Shown here piece after piece: positions 26,208-41,329 of a stretch of 64,000 nucleotides of DNA (its first letter is position 1; the number at the start of each line of letters is the position of its first letter). The position numbers and the translations under genes were made by a program. The DNA comes from Oopsacas minuta (lineage: Eukaryota; Animalia; Porifera). The notes beneath the pieces were generated by a model. It had not been told where the DNA came from, made no database searches, and saw only the letters and a list, made by a program, of their open reading frames with translations. The stretch is from NCBI GenBank assembly GCA_024704765.1, contig JAKMXF010000033.1, forward strand, positions 1 to 64,000. The letters are read 5' to 3'.

Positions 26208-26812
26208 ATTTGGGCAGGAGGGGTTAAATAGAGCAAATATGTCTAACTTCCATTTGACCTGGGGGGTCTATGAATTGCCCCATCAGACAGACCAAGTTAG
26301 ACACTAATCAAAAGCAGAATTCCAACCCTCACTCCTAATCCTTGTAGTAAATACACAAATACAAATTATAAGACACAATGAGGAGTGCTCACTCGACATA
26401 ATCACCTTATTAGTGAGTTATTTATAAACACCCGTAGGTAGGGCGTACAGAAACTTCTGGCCAACCCTCAGAGCCCCAAGATCCAATCAATATTGCTATA
26501 AACATCTACAACACCTATCCGATTGGTGACATAAATACACATCCGTATTCTCAGCTAAATACAATACAATTATCTAACTTCATAATAATTATATTTGGTA
26601 TAACTGTAAATAGGATTGTGTATGGGTACAGGTGTCAATAAATTGTGTCTTATAATTTGTATTTGTGTATTTACTACAAGGGTTAGGAGTGAGGGTTGGA
26701 ATTCTGCTTTTGATTAGTGTCTAACTTGGTCTGTCTGATGGGGCAATTCATAGACCCCCTGGTCAAATGGAAGTTAGACCTATATGCTCTATTTAACCCC
26801 TCCTACCCAAAT
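26208..26812. repeat. Long inverted repeat: ~172-bp arms (26208-26379 and 26642-26812) around a 262-bp spacer
   Basis: The arms match by direct comparison with only a handful of substitutions and one 1-nt indel. Weaker similarity continues ~70 bp further outward. Confidence 0.92.
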
Positions 26813-27276
26813 ACTACGAGTGTCTGTAATTTTAGATTCCTCTCACTTGTATCCTCATTCCACTATTCAATAAATCCTATATGAGGGGAGAGACCAGTAG
26901 GCCCTGATAGATAATTGGGACACTAATCTGTTCTGTAGACAATAGTACAGGAATAGTCCATGAATTGTCTATTACAGACAGGATTGGTCCTTCCATTAGT
27001 TAGTCCAACTGGGCAGTCCCCTAGGGCAGTATAATCTTAAGATTGAGTGACTTCACATATAATAGTTGCCTAAGACAGCAAATTTTGAAACCTTTTCACG
27101 GACAGGCCCTGAATACAGAATAGTTAGATTTATTCCATCAGGTTATACCTAATGCAGATGGGGACAAGGTTACCATTTGTTACCTAGGTGTCAACATAAA
27201 ATTTGTACCCTGGGGACATGTATGGGAGAGTTCTCACAAGTCTCGAAATGTCTATAATTCTATAATTAGAATAATA

Positions 27277-28150
27277 ATGGCTAGCTACAGTGAAACTGCT
27301 AAAGTTATTAAACCTCAAGGGGCTACTATATCTGACATTGAGAAGAGTTTATCATCTGTAAGATATATTTGTTTGTTTATTTGTTTGTTTGTTTGTTTAT
27401 TTGTTTGTTATCTACCGCTTTAATTCATTTAGTCCCTGTTTGAGCTAGAGAAGAATCCAGATCTCAAACTCCTGAAGGAACTAGACATTCTTGGAGCGAA
27501 GGTATGTTACTATGAATTAATATATTATACTTCTGGTACATATATACTTCCTGTTAGGAGTTAGATGCACATGGTAAGAAAGCTATAGTAGTTACAGTAC
27601 CATTTCCACAGCTGAGAGCATTCCAGAGATTACATGCTAAGCTTACTCGTGAGTTAGAGAAGAAATATTCTGGAAAAGTTGTCGTGTTTATAGCTAAGGT
27701 AATTCAGCCACGAATCTATAGAGGTGTTATATTTATAGTTTCAGTTTCAATTTAGCGTACAATCCTACCCAGACAGACTAGGAAGACTAGGAACCAAAAA
27801 CAGAAACGTCCTACCAGGTACAGCCTCAATTCCATGAGGTGTTAGAATATGATTAATGATCTTATTTTAGCCGTACTCTAACCTCAGTACATAATGCATT
27901 GCTAGAGGATTTGGTGTACCCGGGGGAGATCGTAGGGAAGAGGACAAGGATCCGATTGGACGGTAAGAGACAAATTAAAATACATCTAGACCATCAGCAG
28001 AAGGTCCACTTGGAAACAAAGGTACAATTCTATTAATTAAATTGTAACTATAGGTGTTATGTGATTAATAATATTTAGGTGGGAGTATTCTCTCAGATAT
28101 ACAGGAAACTGACGGGAAAGGAAGTAGTGTTTGAATTTCCAGCTGTTTAG
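27277..28150 (+). CDS. RPS7: 40S ribosomal protein eS7, multi-exon
   Basis: [104 protein letters not shown]. Confidence 0.95.
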
Positions 28151-28326
28151 CTAATAACAAAAGTTAGGAATATTCATTAGGGAATAATTAGTGTTAATTA
28201 GAATTATTTTCGAATATTTGTTTACGATTTTATTAGTAAACAATAATATATTAACTATTATTTGATTGGTCAGCTCTTCTAGCTATAAATAGATATATTC
28301 TGAATTAGTGGCACAATTGTGTCGAT

Positions 28327-30212
28327 ATGGCAGAGAGAGACACTTTAACAGAAATTCGGTCTCATGCGAATATGGCAGAGACACATAGAGTACTGCATAG
28401 ATGGGAAAACAGCTGTAGACATTCCTTAGAGCATATACGGTTGTCAAGACAATTGAATGATAAATTTGAGGAATGTAAAGCGTTGCATAGTTTAGGAGCT
28501 GTTTATCATTCCAGAGGAAAGACAGAGAGTCTCAGTCTCAGAGGTAAGTAAACAAACAAACAAACAAACAAACAAACAACTAATAAAGTAATCACACTAG
28601 AGACAGTACCGGGGTGTTACCCTCCTCTGGTAACAGATCCGCTTACAGAGTCTACTATACACTATCAAGATAGTATCAATATATCAAGGGAGATACAGAA
28701 TAATCAGCTGTTAGCTAGAGGACTAGTGGATCTGGGATCTGTATATTACATGCTAGGGAGGTGTGTAGAGGGTGTCATGTGTCTACAGGAGAGACTAGAC
28801 ATAGCCATACAGGAATGTGATATATTGGCACAACAACAAACACACGGTAATCTAGGCAACACGTGAGTTATGCAACTATTGTATCTCTACCCATAGGTGT
28901 TACGATTTTCCATATTTAGTTATACATTAAGTGGAGATATGGAGCGTGCATTAGATCACTACAAGCATACACTACTATTATCCATAGAGCTACAAGATTG
29001 GACCCTAGAGGCTCGGTGTTCCTACTCCATGGGATTATGTTATTATATGATTAAGCAGTATGATCTGTCAGTAGACTCTCTACTCAAATATCTACGCACA
29101 TCTACTAGACTCAAGGATAAGGTGTGAGATGAATGATATTAAATATACATATCTATACATCTGTATTTGATAGGCAGGATGTCTCAGGGCCTGCTGGTCT
29201 CTCAGTCAATCATATTCCTCTCTCAGTAAGCACAGAGAAGCTCTCAGATACGCTAAGATACATTTATCTATAGCCACAGAGCTGAACCACCTGACAGCTG
29301 TGGAAGTGGCACAACATAATGTGTCGGCTATACAGCGACACAATTTAAGACACAAGGACATTGATCCTGAGAGGGAAGCTATGTTAGTGCTAGAGGATTG
29401 TATTACACCTGTATCCCCTGGTGATATTAAAGGTACATAGCAATGCTAATATTAACTAATAAATATGTTGTTAATTAACGAGGGCCTATTCATATTGAAT
29501 AGGAACTATAAAGTGTTATAATATGTAACTAAATAGACATATTGATTGATATGAATAGAAAAGTGATTGAAGAGACACCTGACAGACTAGATCACTTACT
29601 GGTAGAGAGACTAATGTACTCACAGAACAGACTAGAAGACCAAAGATGTCCAATGCCTCCCTCCAAACCCCTGAGAGGAACACTTCACACCTCAAAGAGT
29701 GTCGATGATTTAGTCATGTTAATAGCAGACACACAGACGGATAGAATAGAGGAACAGAGAGCTCCCCTTATCCACAAGAAGGTGATTTAGGAATTTATTA
29801 TATAAAGATGTGTGTGTGTGTGTGTGTTATTGTTCTATTTATAGAAACTTAAACATGTGAGCTTCGATCTTGTACTGGATGACGTCACAGGGATAGTTAG
29901 CTTCCTAGACAGGTAACTAGTAATTCAGATTATTGTATTTATTATATTATCATTCATTATTCACACCTTGTAGGTGTCATGATCATACCATAGAGGATCA
30001 GAGGAGTACCCTACCCCTGGCCCCAAAGAATAGGTACCAAAAGCCTGAAGAGACAGAGGACTTCTATAACTTAATAATGCAGGTTAGTTATAAGAGAGTT
30101 CCATATTCTTATTAGTTCCTTATTCTTATTAGTTCCTTATTGTACAAATTAATAGGCACAGTCTCACCGGATAGATGACCAGAGGACATCAGCTCAAGTC
30201 CCTCTCCTCTGA
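28327..30212 (+). CDS. GPSM2: Pins/LGN/AGS3 (GPSM1/2)-like TPR + GoLoco protein
   Basis: TPRs (RQLNDKFEECKALHSLGAVYHSRGK; THGNLGNT) followed by four GoLoco-like D/E-Q-R triads: RLEDQRC, RIEEQRA, TIEDQRS, RIDDQRT. Confidence 0.85.
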
Positions 30213-30425
30213 CCTATCAAATTCATTCCTGTGTTATGACATAACTATTTGTATATTTTGTTGTTATGATTGTTTGTATGAATATTTTGTATGTAAATCA
30301 GCTGATTATATAATTACAAGTGTAACGTAATAGAAATGACGTATATTCTATCATTTTATATATATATTACGAATATTTCAGTTTAGTTTAGTTTAGTTTT
30401 ATTGTGTCACTATTTTCACACCTTC

Positions 30426-33400
30426 ATGTCACAAGGACCACCTTACAATGTGTCGACAGGTTAGTGTGTAATATCGCATATTATAAAAAGGTGTTAAATA
30501 TTGAATATTCTCTTAGGTAGACAACATGTTGCAATAACAACGCCAGGAATGCAGAGTTATGCCTCTACACAGAACCAATTATATCCTCAGAATATAGCGC
30601 CTAATTCTCAGACTCCTACTCTGCCACTTAAATTCTCTCCTGCCACTAACAGACACAGTCTTACCCCACAAATGGAACATAGAGCTAATCCGTTAGCCAA
30701 TCAGATGTCTGGGTTAGCTATTTCGAATTACCCACCTAGCTCAACCAATCAATCACCCCCCTTTCCTACTCAAACAAATCAAATGTCCTTCAATCAACCC
30801 CCTGCACCCCAAACAATGCGGCATAATCAGCCCCCTCAATCCAGCCAATTTCCTAATCCTCCTCACCCTACAGTATTCTCACAGCCTCCATCTTCAAACC
30901 TCCAAACATCTAATCCAAATACTCTTCCTAATCAGTCCTTATCAAATCAATTCACCCAACTTCCTCCTACATCTGGATTAGTCAAACAGCCTCATAACCC
31001 TATGAACTTAAACCCAGTACCTCTACCCCCTACACAACCCCCTGCCTCTCATACGATTGGACACAATCTAACACCTCTTCAATCTAGCCAATTCCCTAAT
31101 CATTCCCAACCTACAGGATTTACACAACCAACGCCTTCCCAATTCACACAACCTCCATCTTCACACCTTATACCAGCTGGTCCTAACCAATTCAATCAAT
31201 TCCCTCCTACTGATGGATTACTGCCCCCTACGCAGCTCCCTCCCCCTTCCTCTACCCAATTCCCTAATCCTCCCCAGTCCTCAGGACTCACACAACCTCC
31301 ACAACAATTCAGTCCGTATCCTCCTCAGCTGATGGGTACAGGATCTGCACCCATGGGAGGAGATCAGTTCGGACCTCCAATAACATCTCAACCTAAAGTA
31401 ACTCCTGATTCTATCCCTAGCGTGGTTAGTTATACTTACATTCCTATATACCTCATGTGTAACTAAGCTATACAATAGATAGAAGTACTGGGAATAGATA
31501 AAGAACGATGGGTATCTAACGAGTACTTTACAGGATCTAGAACTCCACCCCCTGGGACCCTGATCTCCTGTCCAATAAGAGACACGGGTAACGCCTCCCC
31601 TAGGTACATAAGGAGCTCTTTGTACACCCTCCCCACATCAGCTGATATGATTAAGGAGTCTAAACTGGTAGCTGGATTAATAATACAACCTCTAGCTAAT
31701 GACCCTGACAACGATAAAGTAAGAATGCTATGTCATTATAAGATACTCATAACTAATCACTCCTATTTATAGTTACCCCTGGTAGACCATGGATCAGCAG
31801 GACCAATCAGATGTAAGCGTTGTAAAGCCTATATGAATCCATTTAACAGTTTTACAGGAGGGGGAGCTGCTTATGAGTGTATATTCTGTGGTATTTCCAA
31901 TGAAGTACCAAACACATACTTCCAGTACTGTGACGCTACAGGCAAAAGAATGGTATGTTATATCACTTTAGTTACCAGACATTGACAATGTTATGTATGT
32001 ATAGGATACAGCAGACAGATCAGAGCTGAGCAAGGGGAGCTATGAGGTGGAGGTAACCAAAGAGTACATGAGGTATCAGAAGGAGGGAGATCCGCCAGCT
32101 GTAATTCTTGTTATTGACATATCTATGAGGAGTTATAACATAGGACTAGAAGGATTCCTATCTTCACATATTGCTGGTATGTAGCAGGTGTTATATGTCC
32201 TGTTGTTGTTGTTGTTGTTATTGTTTACTTATTTAGATTTATTGGATCGTCTCCCGAAGGATGATACAGGGACCTGTCCCTTAGAGATAGGTCTAATCGT
32301 ATACGACACACAGGCATACTACTTCAATCTATCAGCTCCTCTACCTAGCATATACGTCATAACAGAATCAGCTGATCCGTTCTTACCGGAACCATCTGGC
32401 AGCTTAGTTTCCATTCCACAGGCCATAACTAGTATCAAGAGTGTGTTAGACAGATTCCCCGCACTATTCTCTCAGAGGAAGAGCGGAGGGTGTCTGGGGG
32501 TAGGAATTAAGGCGGGTATATCTATGTTATCAGAGATGAAGAGAGTTGGTAAGTTACCCCATGGGTTCATTATGATATCTGAATTATTTACTACCTCTAA
32601 ATAACAGGAAGTAAGTACATATTTTACAAGAATTCTGTTTCTAGGGAAGCTACTCGTATTTCAAGCTGATATTCCAGAGATCCAGGGTCCAGGTCAGATT
32701 AAGAGAAAAACAGATAACTTCTTTAAACCTCAGAGCTCTTTCTACGATAAGATATCAGCTGACTGTCAGAGGGCAGGGATCTGTGTAGACCTGTTCCTAC
32801 TACCCACTGCATATACGGATGTGTTTACACTAGGACAATTGTGTCACTCTACAGGAGGACAGATACACTATCACTATAACTTCTCAGGTAAACAAACTAG
32901 GAAATTTTGTAAACAAACAATTGAGTATATATTATTCTATTAATAGCATCTAAGCCATCTAGCTACTCACGTCTCCTCTCAGACCTCCAGGAGACCTGTA
33001 GCACCCAGCTGGGGTTTGATGCTGTCATGAGGGTGAGGACTAGTCCCGGTATATCAGCTGATCAATATCAGGGTGCTATACGATTGAATGGATCAGAGAT
33101 ACAGCTAGCAGGATTAGATGCTAATAAGACTATAGCAGTAGTCTTACGGTATGATGATAAGTTGAAGGAGAGCTCTTTAGTATATGTACAGGTAGCTCTT
33201 CTCTATACAAACCTTAGAGGAGAGAGAAGGCTCAGATTACACAATCTAGCTATATGTACTAGTTCACACTTTGAAGATGTGAGTTATACATAATAAATAA
33301 ACAAACAAACACCTAACTATCCTGTATACAGGTATACCTATCAGCTGATTTAGATGCCATGGTTCATCTGCTAGCTAGATTAAATCTAAGAGGGTTTATA

Positions 33401-34262
33401 GAGGAACAATTAGAGCAAGTAGGAGAGAGGTTAAGACAACAAGTAGCTCACATCCTAGCAACATACAGGAGACATTGTAATCCAGGAGTAAACAAGGGAC
33501 AGGTAAACAAATATGTTTATTTCTATATTGTGTTATTTACTATTTGTTGTCTAGCTCATCCTACCCTCTACCCTCAAACTGTTACCCTGTTACTCTAACT
33601 GTATTCTAAAACTGCCAGTCACTCCTCTAACCAGTTCCTCTCCTAACACCCCTGACATGAGATCATACAACTACTACAGATTACAGGTATATACATAAGG
33701 CTATACTCTATCGGGTGTGTTTATATTTGTGCTTACTAGTGGTTATGTACAAGAGAGTTCCTGTTACTATTATACCCCAGAGTGTATCCTGTTGATGGCA
33801 CCCTGTCCTCTCTTCCTGAACCAATCAGATCCTCTGTTACTAAGATAGAGGAACAGAAGGCTTATATTGCTACAGACGGTCAGCAGCTGATTATGTGGAT
33901 TTGTAATAATGTGAATAATCAGCTGATTGCAGAGGTTAGCTCCAGTGATAGTTCCAGTTTAATAATCCTATATTTATTAATCTTATATTCAGGTATTTGG
34001 GGTATCAAGTGTTCACCAAGTGGACCCCTCTCTGTCCACCCTTCCAAAGCTGGACAATCCTACATCCCGTCACGTACAGTGGGCTATAGAGTCCCTACAG
34101 TCCTGGACAGGTAAGCCCCTACCTCTGTCTCTCTCCAAGCAAGGAGACCCTTCAGAGAACTTATTCAGGAGTTTGCTGGTGGAGGATGGAATATCTGGTA
34201 GAGCTACATATGTAGATGCTACCTGTATGCTACACAGAGAGATTAAGAAACTACTCAGCTAA
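30426..34262 (+). CDS. SEC24C: COPII cargo adaptor SEC24C/D, multi-exon
   Basis: P/Q-rich N-terminus, Zn finger PIRCKRCKAYMNPF..CIFC, trunk domain, GFDAVMRVRTSPG, GERRLRLHNL, and gelsolin-like end ..MLHREIKKLLS*. Confidence 0.9.
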
Positions 34263-34695
34263 TTATTGTTGTTGTTATTGATGTTTACACTTGTATAGAG
34301 GCTATTTGTAGCTACTAGGAAAATTATTGGTGTATCAGTTTGAGCTATGAATTAAGTCTGTCAGTTATTAGATTTATAATTCATTGTTTCACACCTCTTT
34401 ACAAGTACACCCGTATGATATGTATAATATGGATATACCTCAGAATAATAGCACCAACAACAACAAAACAACAATTGTTGATCAATCTGTATACAAATAT
34501 TAAATTTGTATACATTTTCGTAATCTAGAGTGTTTAACACATGTGGGTGTAGACCTAATCCCTTAAACAAACAAACATACAAAGCAGTGTGTATATTTAT
34601 AACCACACATAATATAAATACAGAATAATTATCTATAATACCTACAGGATAATAATAATAGCAATTACTAATAAACAACAACAAACAACAAAATA

Positions 34696-36263
34696 TTAAT
34701 TCTTCTTAGCTTTATTTGCTTTATCTGTCTGAGCTCTTGTAGCCTGGTATGAAGCTCTGATTTTAGTAAAATCTGCCATCTCAGAGTCCAGTTGTCTCCT
34801 CTTCTCCTCTAGCTCCTTCCTCTCCTCTGCGTGCATACGTCTTAACTTCTCGAATTCCTCTTGTAGATTGTTCTCAGCGCTCACTAGTTCTGTTTCCTTC
34901 TGTTTAACCTGAATAATTTAAATATTTTATGTTACCATGACAACACAGATCACCCTCTAACACTTACTTTACTAATAAAATTAGTCTTCAGTCTCTGCTC
35001 CTTCTTCTCCAGCTCCAGCTTGTACTGCTGTCTTTTCATCTCATACATATCCTTTACATTACCTCGAATAGGTTCTGCTATCTCCTTACTACCCATACGT
35101 TGTAGCTGCTCCCTCCTGTATAGCTCATAGTGAACCTAGATACCAATTGGAATGTACAGTCAATTCTGGTTGCCAGAGAGAGCCCTGGAATTTGGCATAA
35201 CTCACGGTATGTGTCCTCTCCCTCAGATCTTCCATATTAGTCCTTATTAACATCTCTCTTAGCTTAACAAAATCACAATGAGCTTCATTCTCCACCTCTA
35301 CTACTCCCCAGGCATACTCACGGGCCCTAACCTTCTGGTTGTTAATCACTATCTCTTCTCGTGAGCCTACTACTGCAAAAGGCATCTGTTCATTCATTGT
35401 AGAGTTGACCTATAGGATCACAGAGTTCAGCCTCCTAGCAACGCATGAGATATGTGTATGTATATACCTGCATAATAGTGTCATCATCTACAGGGAATCT
35501 GTATATCTCTACATTATTGTTAATTAATTCTCTATTAATTCTCTCTTTAAACTGGTCTAGTTCATCTCTTGATATTGAGTCTGCCTTAGCTATTATCGGT
35601 ATTATATTAACCTAAAGTAAACAAGAGTAAACAAGTAGTAAACAACAATTGTATACATCTAAACAGACCAATCACCTTCTTATCTAACGCCTTCATGGTT
35701 ACCAAATCTAGTGACTTAATGGAATGTCCAGTAGGTGATAAGAAATACAAACAAACATGTATCCTCGTATCATGGTAGTTTTGAATGTTCCTATTAATCT
35801 TCAATTCTTCCTGTAGATATTTCTCGTAATGTGTATCTATGTAGCCAACTAATGGTTGATAGGAATTCTCTTTATTAATCTGATCACCATAACCTATACA
35901 TTCCAATAGGATAAATGGTAGTTAGGGAACTATAATAAGCTATAACTAACCGACACTATCCACTACTGTTAATGTCAGTTTCACATTACTCTCCATCAGC
36001 TGATAGGTGTTAGAATTAATTCCCACTCTATCCATCTTATGATGAGTCTGTTCCCCTTCAAAATTGGTCTTGAATAGTGCGTCAATTAATGTACTCTTTC
36101 CTATACCAGTCTCTCCTATACACATTATATTGAAGTCAAACCCCTTCATCGTGCTCTTAGTAACCATCTGATCAGGGAGGGAGTCAAATCCTACCTTCCC
36201 TGACAGTCTCAGCTGTCTATCTGTCTCTCCTAACACTCGACGGACCTCTACACCATTAGACAT
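34696..36263 (-). CDS. SEPTIN6: Septin, SEPT6/8/10/11 group
   Basis: [80 protein letters not shown], and a C-terminal coiled coil. Confidence 0.93.
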
Positions 36264-36739
36264 GACTAATGTATAATAGTTTCAGTTACAATCAAGATAC
36301 ACTTATGAAGTACATTAACTATCTCAAATACCAATGTACAATCTTGGTAACCAAGGCCTACTACGTATAACTCAACCATTATTCAATGAATAATAGAGTT
36401 AATAATAATGATACCTAGCAACGGTGAGTGTAGGAGGAATGAATCCATTCAAGTATATAATTAGTTATTAATGGTTATGGCAGTTGTAACAATATTGCTA
36501 TATAATGTTAGCTCCGATAGGGTATTTGTTGTTATTTATGTTTACTAATTACTAGGAATTTGTGGTATATGAAGCTAGCTGGCAAATGAATAACAGTCAA
36601 ACCCAATCGTATCTAAATTGGAACAAAAGTAGGGTATCAGTTGTCCCCCCCTCCTCCTATATCTACTAGAGACAATTCTCATCAAATACGACATATCTAA
36701 TGCCAATAATGGTAACTACAATTCTTCCTAACTAATAAT

Positions 36740-37114
36740 CTAATCATCATCTCCGTCATTAGCCACATTGAAATACCTCAGTTCATATTCATTCTTAGAG
36801 CTAGCAACTACTCTAAGGAAATCTCTCATGTTCTTCTTTTTAAGGAACTTCTTAGACAGATATTTTAGGTATCTCTTGGACATGGGTATCTTAGCCTGTA
36901 CCGTTACCTTCTTGTCCGCTCTTGACACCTGTACATTGTCCCCCAGTTGTCCTGTTTTCTTGTTTACCTTAATCCTAGCTTTAAGGAAATCTGTGAATTC
37001 CTTCTCATCCATCAGATCGTCCTCTATAGCTGTCTTACAATCTATCACAAACCTGTGACTGATCTTCTTAGGTTTTTTAGACTTTTTTAGAGATTTCTTT
37101 GCTTTAGGGGGCAT
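36740..37114 (-). CDS. RPL22: 60S ribosomal protein eL22, intronless CDS
   Basis: FVIDCK..FLKARIKVNKKTG..MSKRYLKYLSKKFLKKKNMRDFLRVVAS..YELRYFNV. Confidence 0.95.
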   Translation of the reverse strand: MPPKAKKSLKKSKKPKKISHRFVIDCKTAIEDDLMDEKEFTDFLKARIKVNKKTGQLGDNVQVSRADKKVTVQAKIPMSKRYLKYLSKKFLKKKNMRDFLRVVASSKNEYELRYFNVANDGDDD

Positions 37115-37283
37115 TCCTATTCTCCTAATCGGTTGCTAAGTAATATTACTAACCAAAGAGTGAAATAAATGAGATTAATATGTACATAAAGGTGTCAAAG
37201 CCTCAGTGTTTATAGAAAGGATACATAAACAAACTAGATATAAATACGAATAATCACTACCAGTCTATAACATAGGAATGTAT

Positions 37284-38849
37284 CTAGTAAGCATGTTTAG
37301 CTACATGGAGACTCTCTCCTGCTCCTACCATCTGATCCTCCTCTTTATTATATTTACCAGTACTAGCTAGTCCATTCATCTTAGCACGGATAGAGAACAC
37401 TTCTTGGGCTTGGGATACGTTCTCCGCCTTCCCGTTCCAGGCAGCTATAGCGCTAGCTTGTAGAGCTCTACCGTAGGAGAAAGAGAGCTTCCATGGCTTC
37501 CTCCCGGGAGCTTTGTTGATCAGGTCCAGATGATTAGTAGAGTCCAATTCAGATTGCCCTCCAGAGAGGAACACAATACCTATAATTAAGAATTAATTAT
37601 ACATATATGTAACACCTATAATAGCACCAACCTGGTACAGCAGCTGGTACAGATCTAGACAGACACCTCACGGTAGCCTCTGCTACATCCTGGGGTGAGT
37701 ACTTCTTCTTACAATCAGCTCCAGGGAGTATCATATTAACCTTAAGCAGACTACCCTCTAGATATACGTGATGATCTCTCAGAGCTTTGTAGAGTGCTAC
37801 TAGCACGTCTGTAGTCACCTGATAGGTGTAATGGAATACATGATCATATATAAACACCTGATCCCAGAGACACACAAGGATCTCACCTGTTCACAGGTCT
37901 CCAGGTCGTGATCCCCATCGGTCATAACTTCAGGTTCCACTATAGGTACTATTCCATTAGCTTGACATATACTAGCATATCTATAACATAATTAAACAGC
38001 TGATTATACGAAGGTGTTATAATATCAATGTTAATGTATACCTAGCTAACACATTAGCATTATCCTGTATGGCAATACTGCTAGGTGTTAAAGGGCCAAT
38101 ATAAAGAGTGTTCCTCCATTTAGAGAACCTACACCCGTCCTTATAGTACTGAGCACATCTATTGTCTAGATCATCTAATCCTTGCGTAGTAGTCTCACTG
38201 TTAGTACAGGACAGCTTCACTACACCCTTATCCGTCTTTATACCTAATTAATATATTAATTAAGAGACTATTGGTCCAGTAGGGGTCTAATAAGTGACCC
38301 ATCATATAACCAAGATAGAGGGTTGGTCAATAAGTCTCTCCTTAGATACAAAGAGTGATAAAGAAATTCTAACCCAGCAGCAGTAAGTCCTCTAATCAAA
38401 TTCAATTTAGTTATATTTTTAGAATCCAGTGGATGTAGGTGTTAGCTATAAGAATATGATATAACTACACCCACCAGGAATAATATTCCTCTTCTTGAGT
38501 ATATCTACAAATAGCACGCCTTCCTTGGTCTTCTGGTACACGGTCTCATGGAATAGGATAACAGCCGATATACTGTCGGTTACTTCCTGAGGAGCTGTGA
38601 ATAGTAACTCCCTATATGCCCTCCTATTCTCCTCAGTATTTTCTATACCTATTGGAGAATATACAGCCATTAGATTAGCTATTAGGGGAATTGAGGGGTC
38701 AGATACTAACCGACTTTAGAGAACCTCTTCTCGATGGTACCCGAAGACTCATCAGCTGCTAATAGACCGTGTCCATCTCTAACAATAGCATTAGCTGTCT
38801 CAGTCAGCTGTTTCTGTAGACCAGCTGATAATTCCAGATACTTAGCCAT
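37284..38849 (-). CDS. ALDOA: Class I fructose-bisphosphate aldolase
   Basis: [74 protein letters not shown], ending KHAY*. Confidence 0.95.
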
Positions 38850-39224
38850 TAATCAATCTGCTATTAGAATACTAGTTATAACTTTGGTATCTGGGGAAGG
38901 CTAATCGCAGTGTAACCTCAGATGGGATACAAGTCACGCAGAAAATTGTTACCCGTATGTACGGTTGATTTGTATGGGATTAAGAATTTGCTGTATATAT
39001 TCTAACACAATTTCTAAGGACCCCTTTGAGGTATGACAACAGGTCATGAAGAATGATTCTATCACCTCTGCTGACAGAGCATCTTAACAACGAATATAGC
39101 AGCCCCTCCCCCCCTGGTAAGTAGTAATGAATTGTTAATTAATAATGCATAATGATCGAATAAGTAATTCAGTAAGAGACGTGATAAATAAAATGTTAGT
39201 CTAAGATAGGAACAGAGAGGGGGT

Positions 39225-40586
<1,362 letters not shown>

Positions 40587-40999
40587 TTATGAGTGATGAG
40601 GTTGCTGGGTAGAAGAGAAGTGAAGAAATAATGAATTTCAAAATTATTCTACTTAAAAGCATAAATATTCTATAAATTATGGTTCTATACAAATAGATAG
40701 GAATTCGAGTAATTCAATTAGCTATAATTAGATTATTCATAACATAGTGAGTGTAGTAAACAAGTAATCACACTCTTTACGTAAACAATACTCAAGTAGA
40801 ACAATAAACACAATAATATATTTAGACTAGTCACTATTAATAATATCAAAGGATAACTTAATTAATGAATTACGTCACATGTGAATGTTGTTATAACACC
40901 ATATATGGAAATAGTAATTATAAGGTCCCGTGTGATTATATTTGTTCACTTGTTTGTTTGTTTGTTTGTTAAAAGATGTAGAATATGTGAATACCAATA

Positions 41000-41329
41000 C
41001 AGTAGATGCCAGATATAAGACTACCGGTTATAAGAAGTCGCCGGTTTTAAGAACATGCCGGTTATAAGAACATACCGGTTGTAAGAAGTCGCCGGTTTTA
41101 AGAACATGCCGGTTATAAGAACATACCGGTTATAAGAACATGCCGGTTATAAGAACATACCGGTTGTAAGAAGTCGCCGGTTTTAAGAACATGCCGGTTA
41201 TAAGAACATGCCGGTTATAAGAAGATATTACAAGAAAACGGTTGCCATACACCCCAATATAATTAATGTTGGTTATAAGAGCACTCTTAGCCTAGTAGTC
41301 TAATTAGTTCTTATAACCGGCATCCGCTG
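41000..41329. mobile_element. Tc1/mariner-superfamily (pogo/Tigger-like) MITE
   Basis: TA|CAGTAGATGCCAGATATAAGA ... TCTTATAACCGGCATCCGCTG|TA: imperfect TIRs with TA on both sides and no ORF. Confidence 0.8.
41024..41224. repeat. 17-bp minisatellite, 12 units, inside the MITE
   Basis: CCGGTT(A/T/G)TAAGAA(CATG/CATA/GTCG) repeated head-to-tail with no unique spacers. Confidence 0.95.

Noticed and set aside
26219-26803. piggyBac interpretation of AGGGGTTAA / TTAACCCCT in the inverted repeat
   Set aside because: The motifs face outward (wrong polarity for an element spanning the repeat) and lie inside the arms rather than at their ends.
41024-41224. CRISPR-like appearance of the 17-bp repeats
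   Set aside because: Units are contiguous with no unique spacers, there are no cas genes, the context is eukaryotic, and the array lies inside a TA-flanked MITE.
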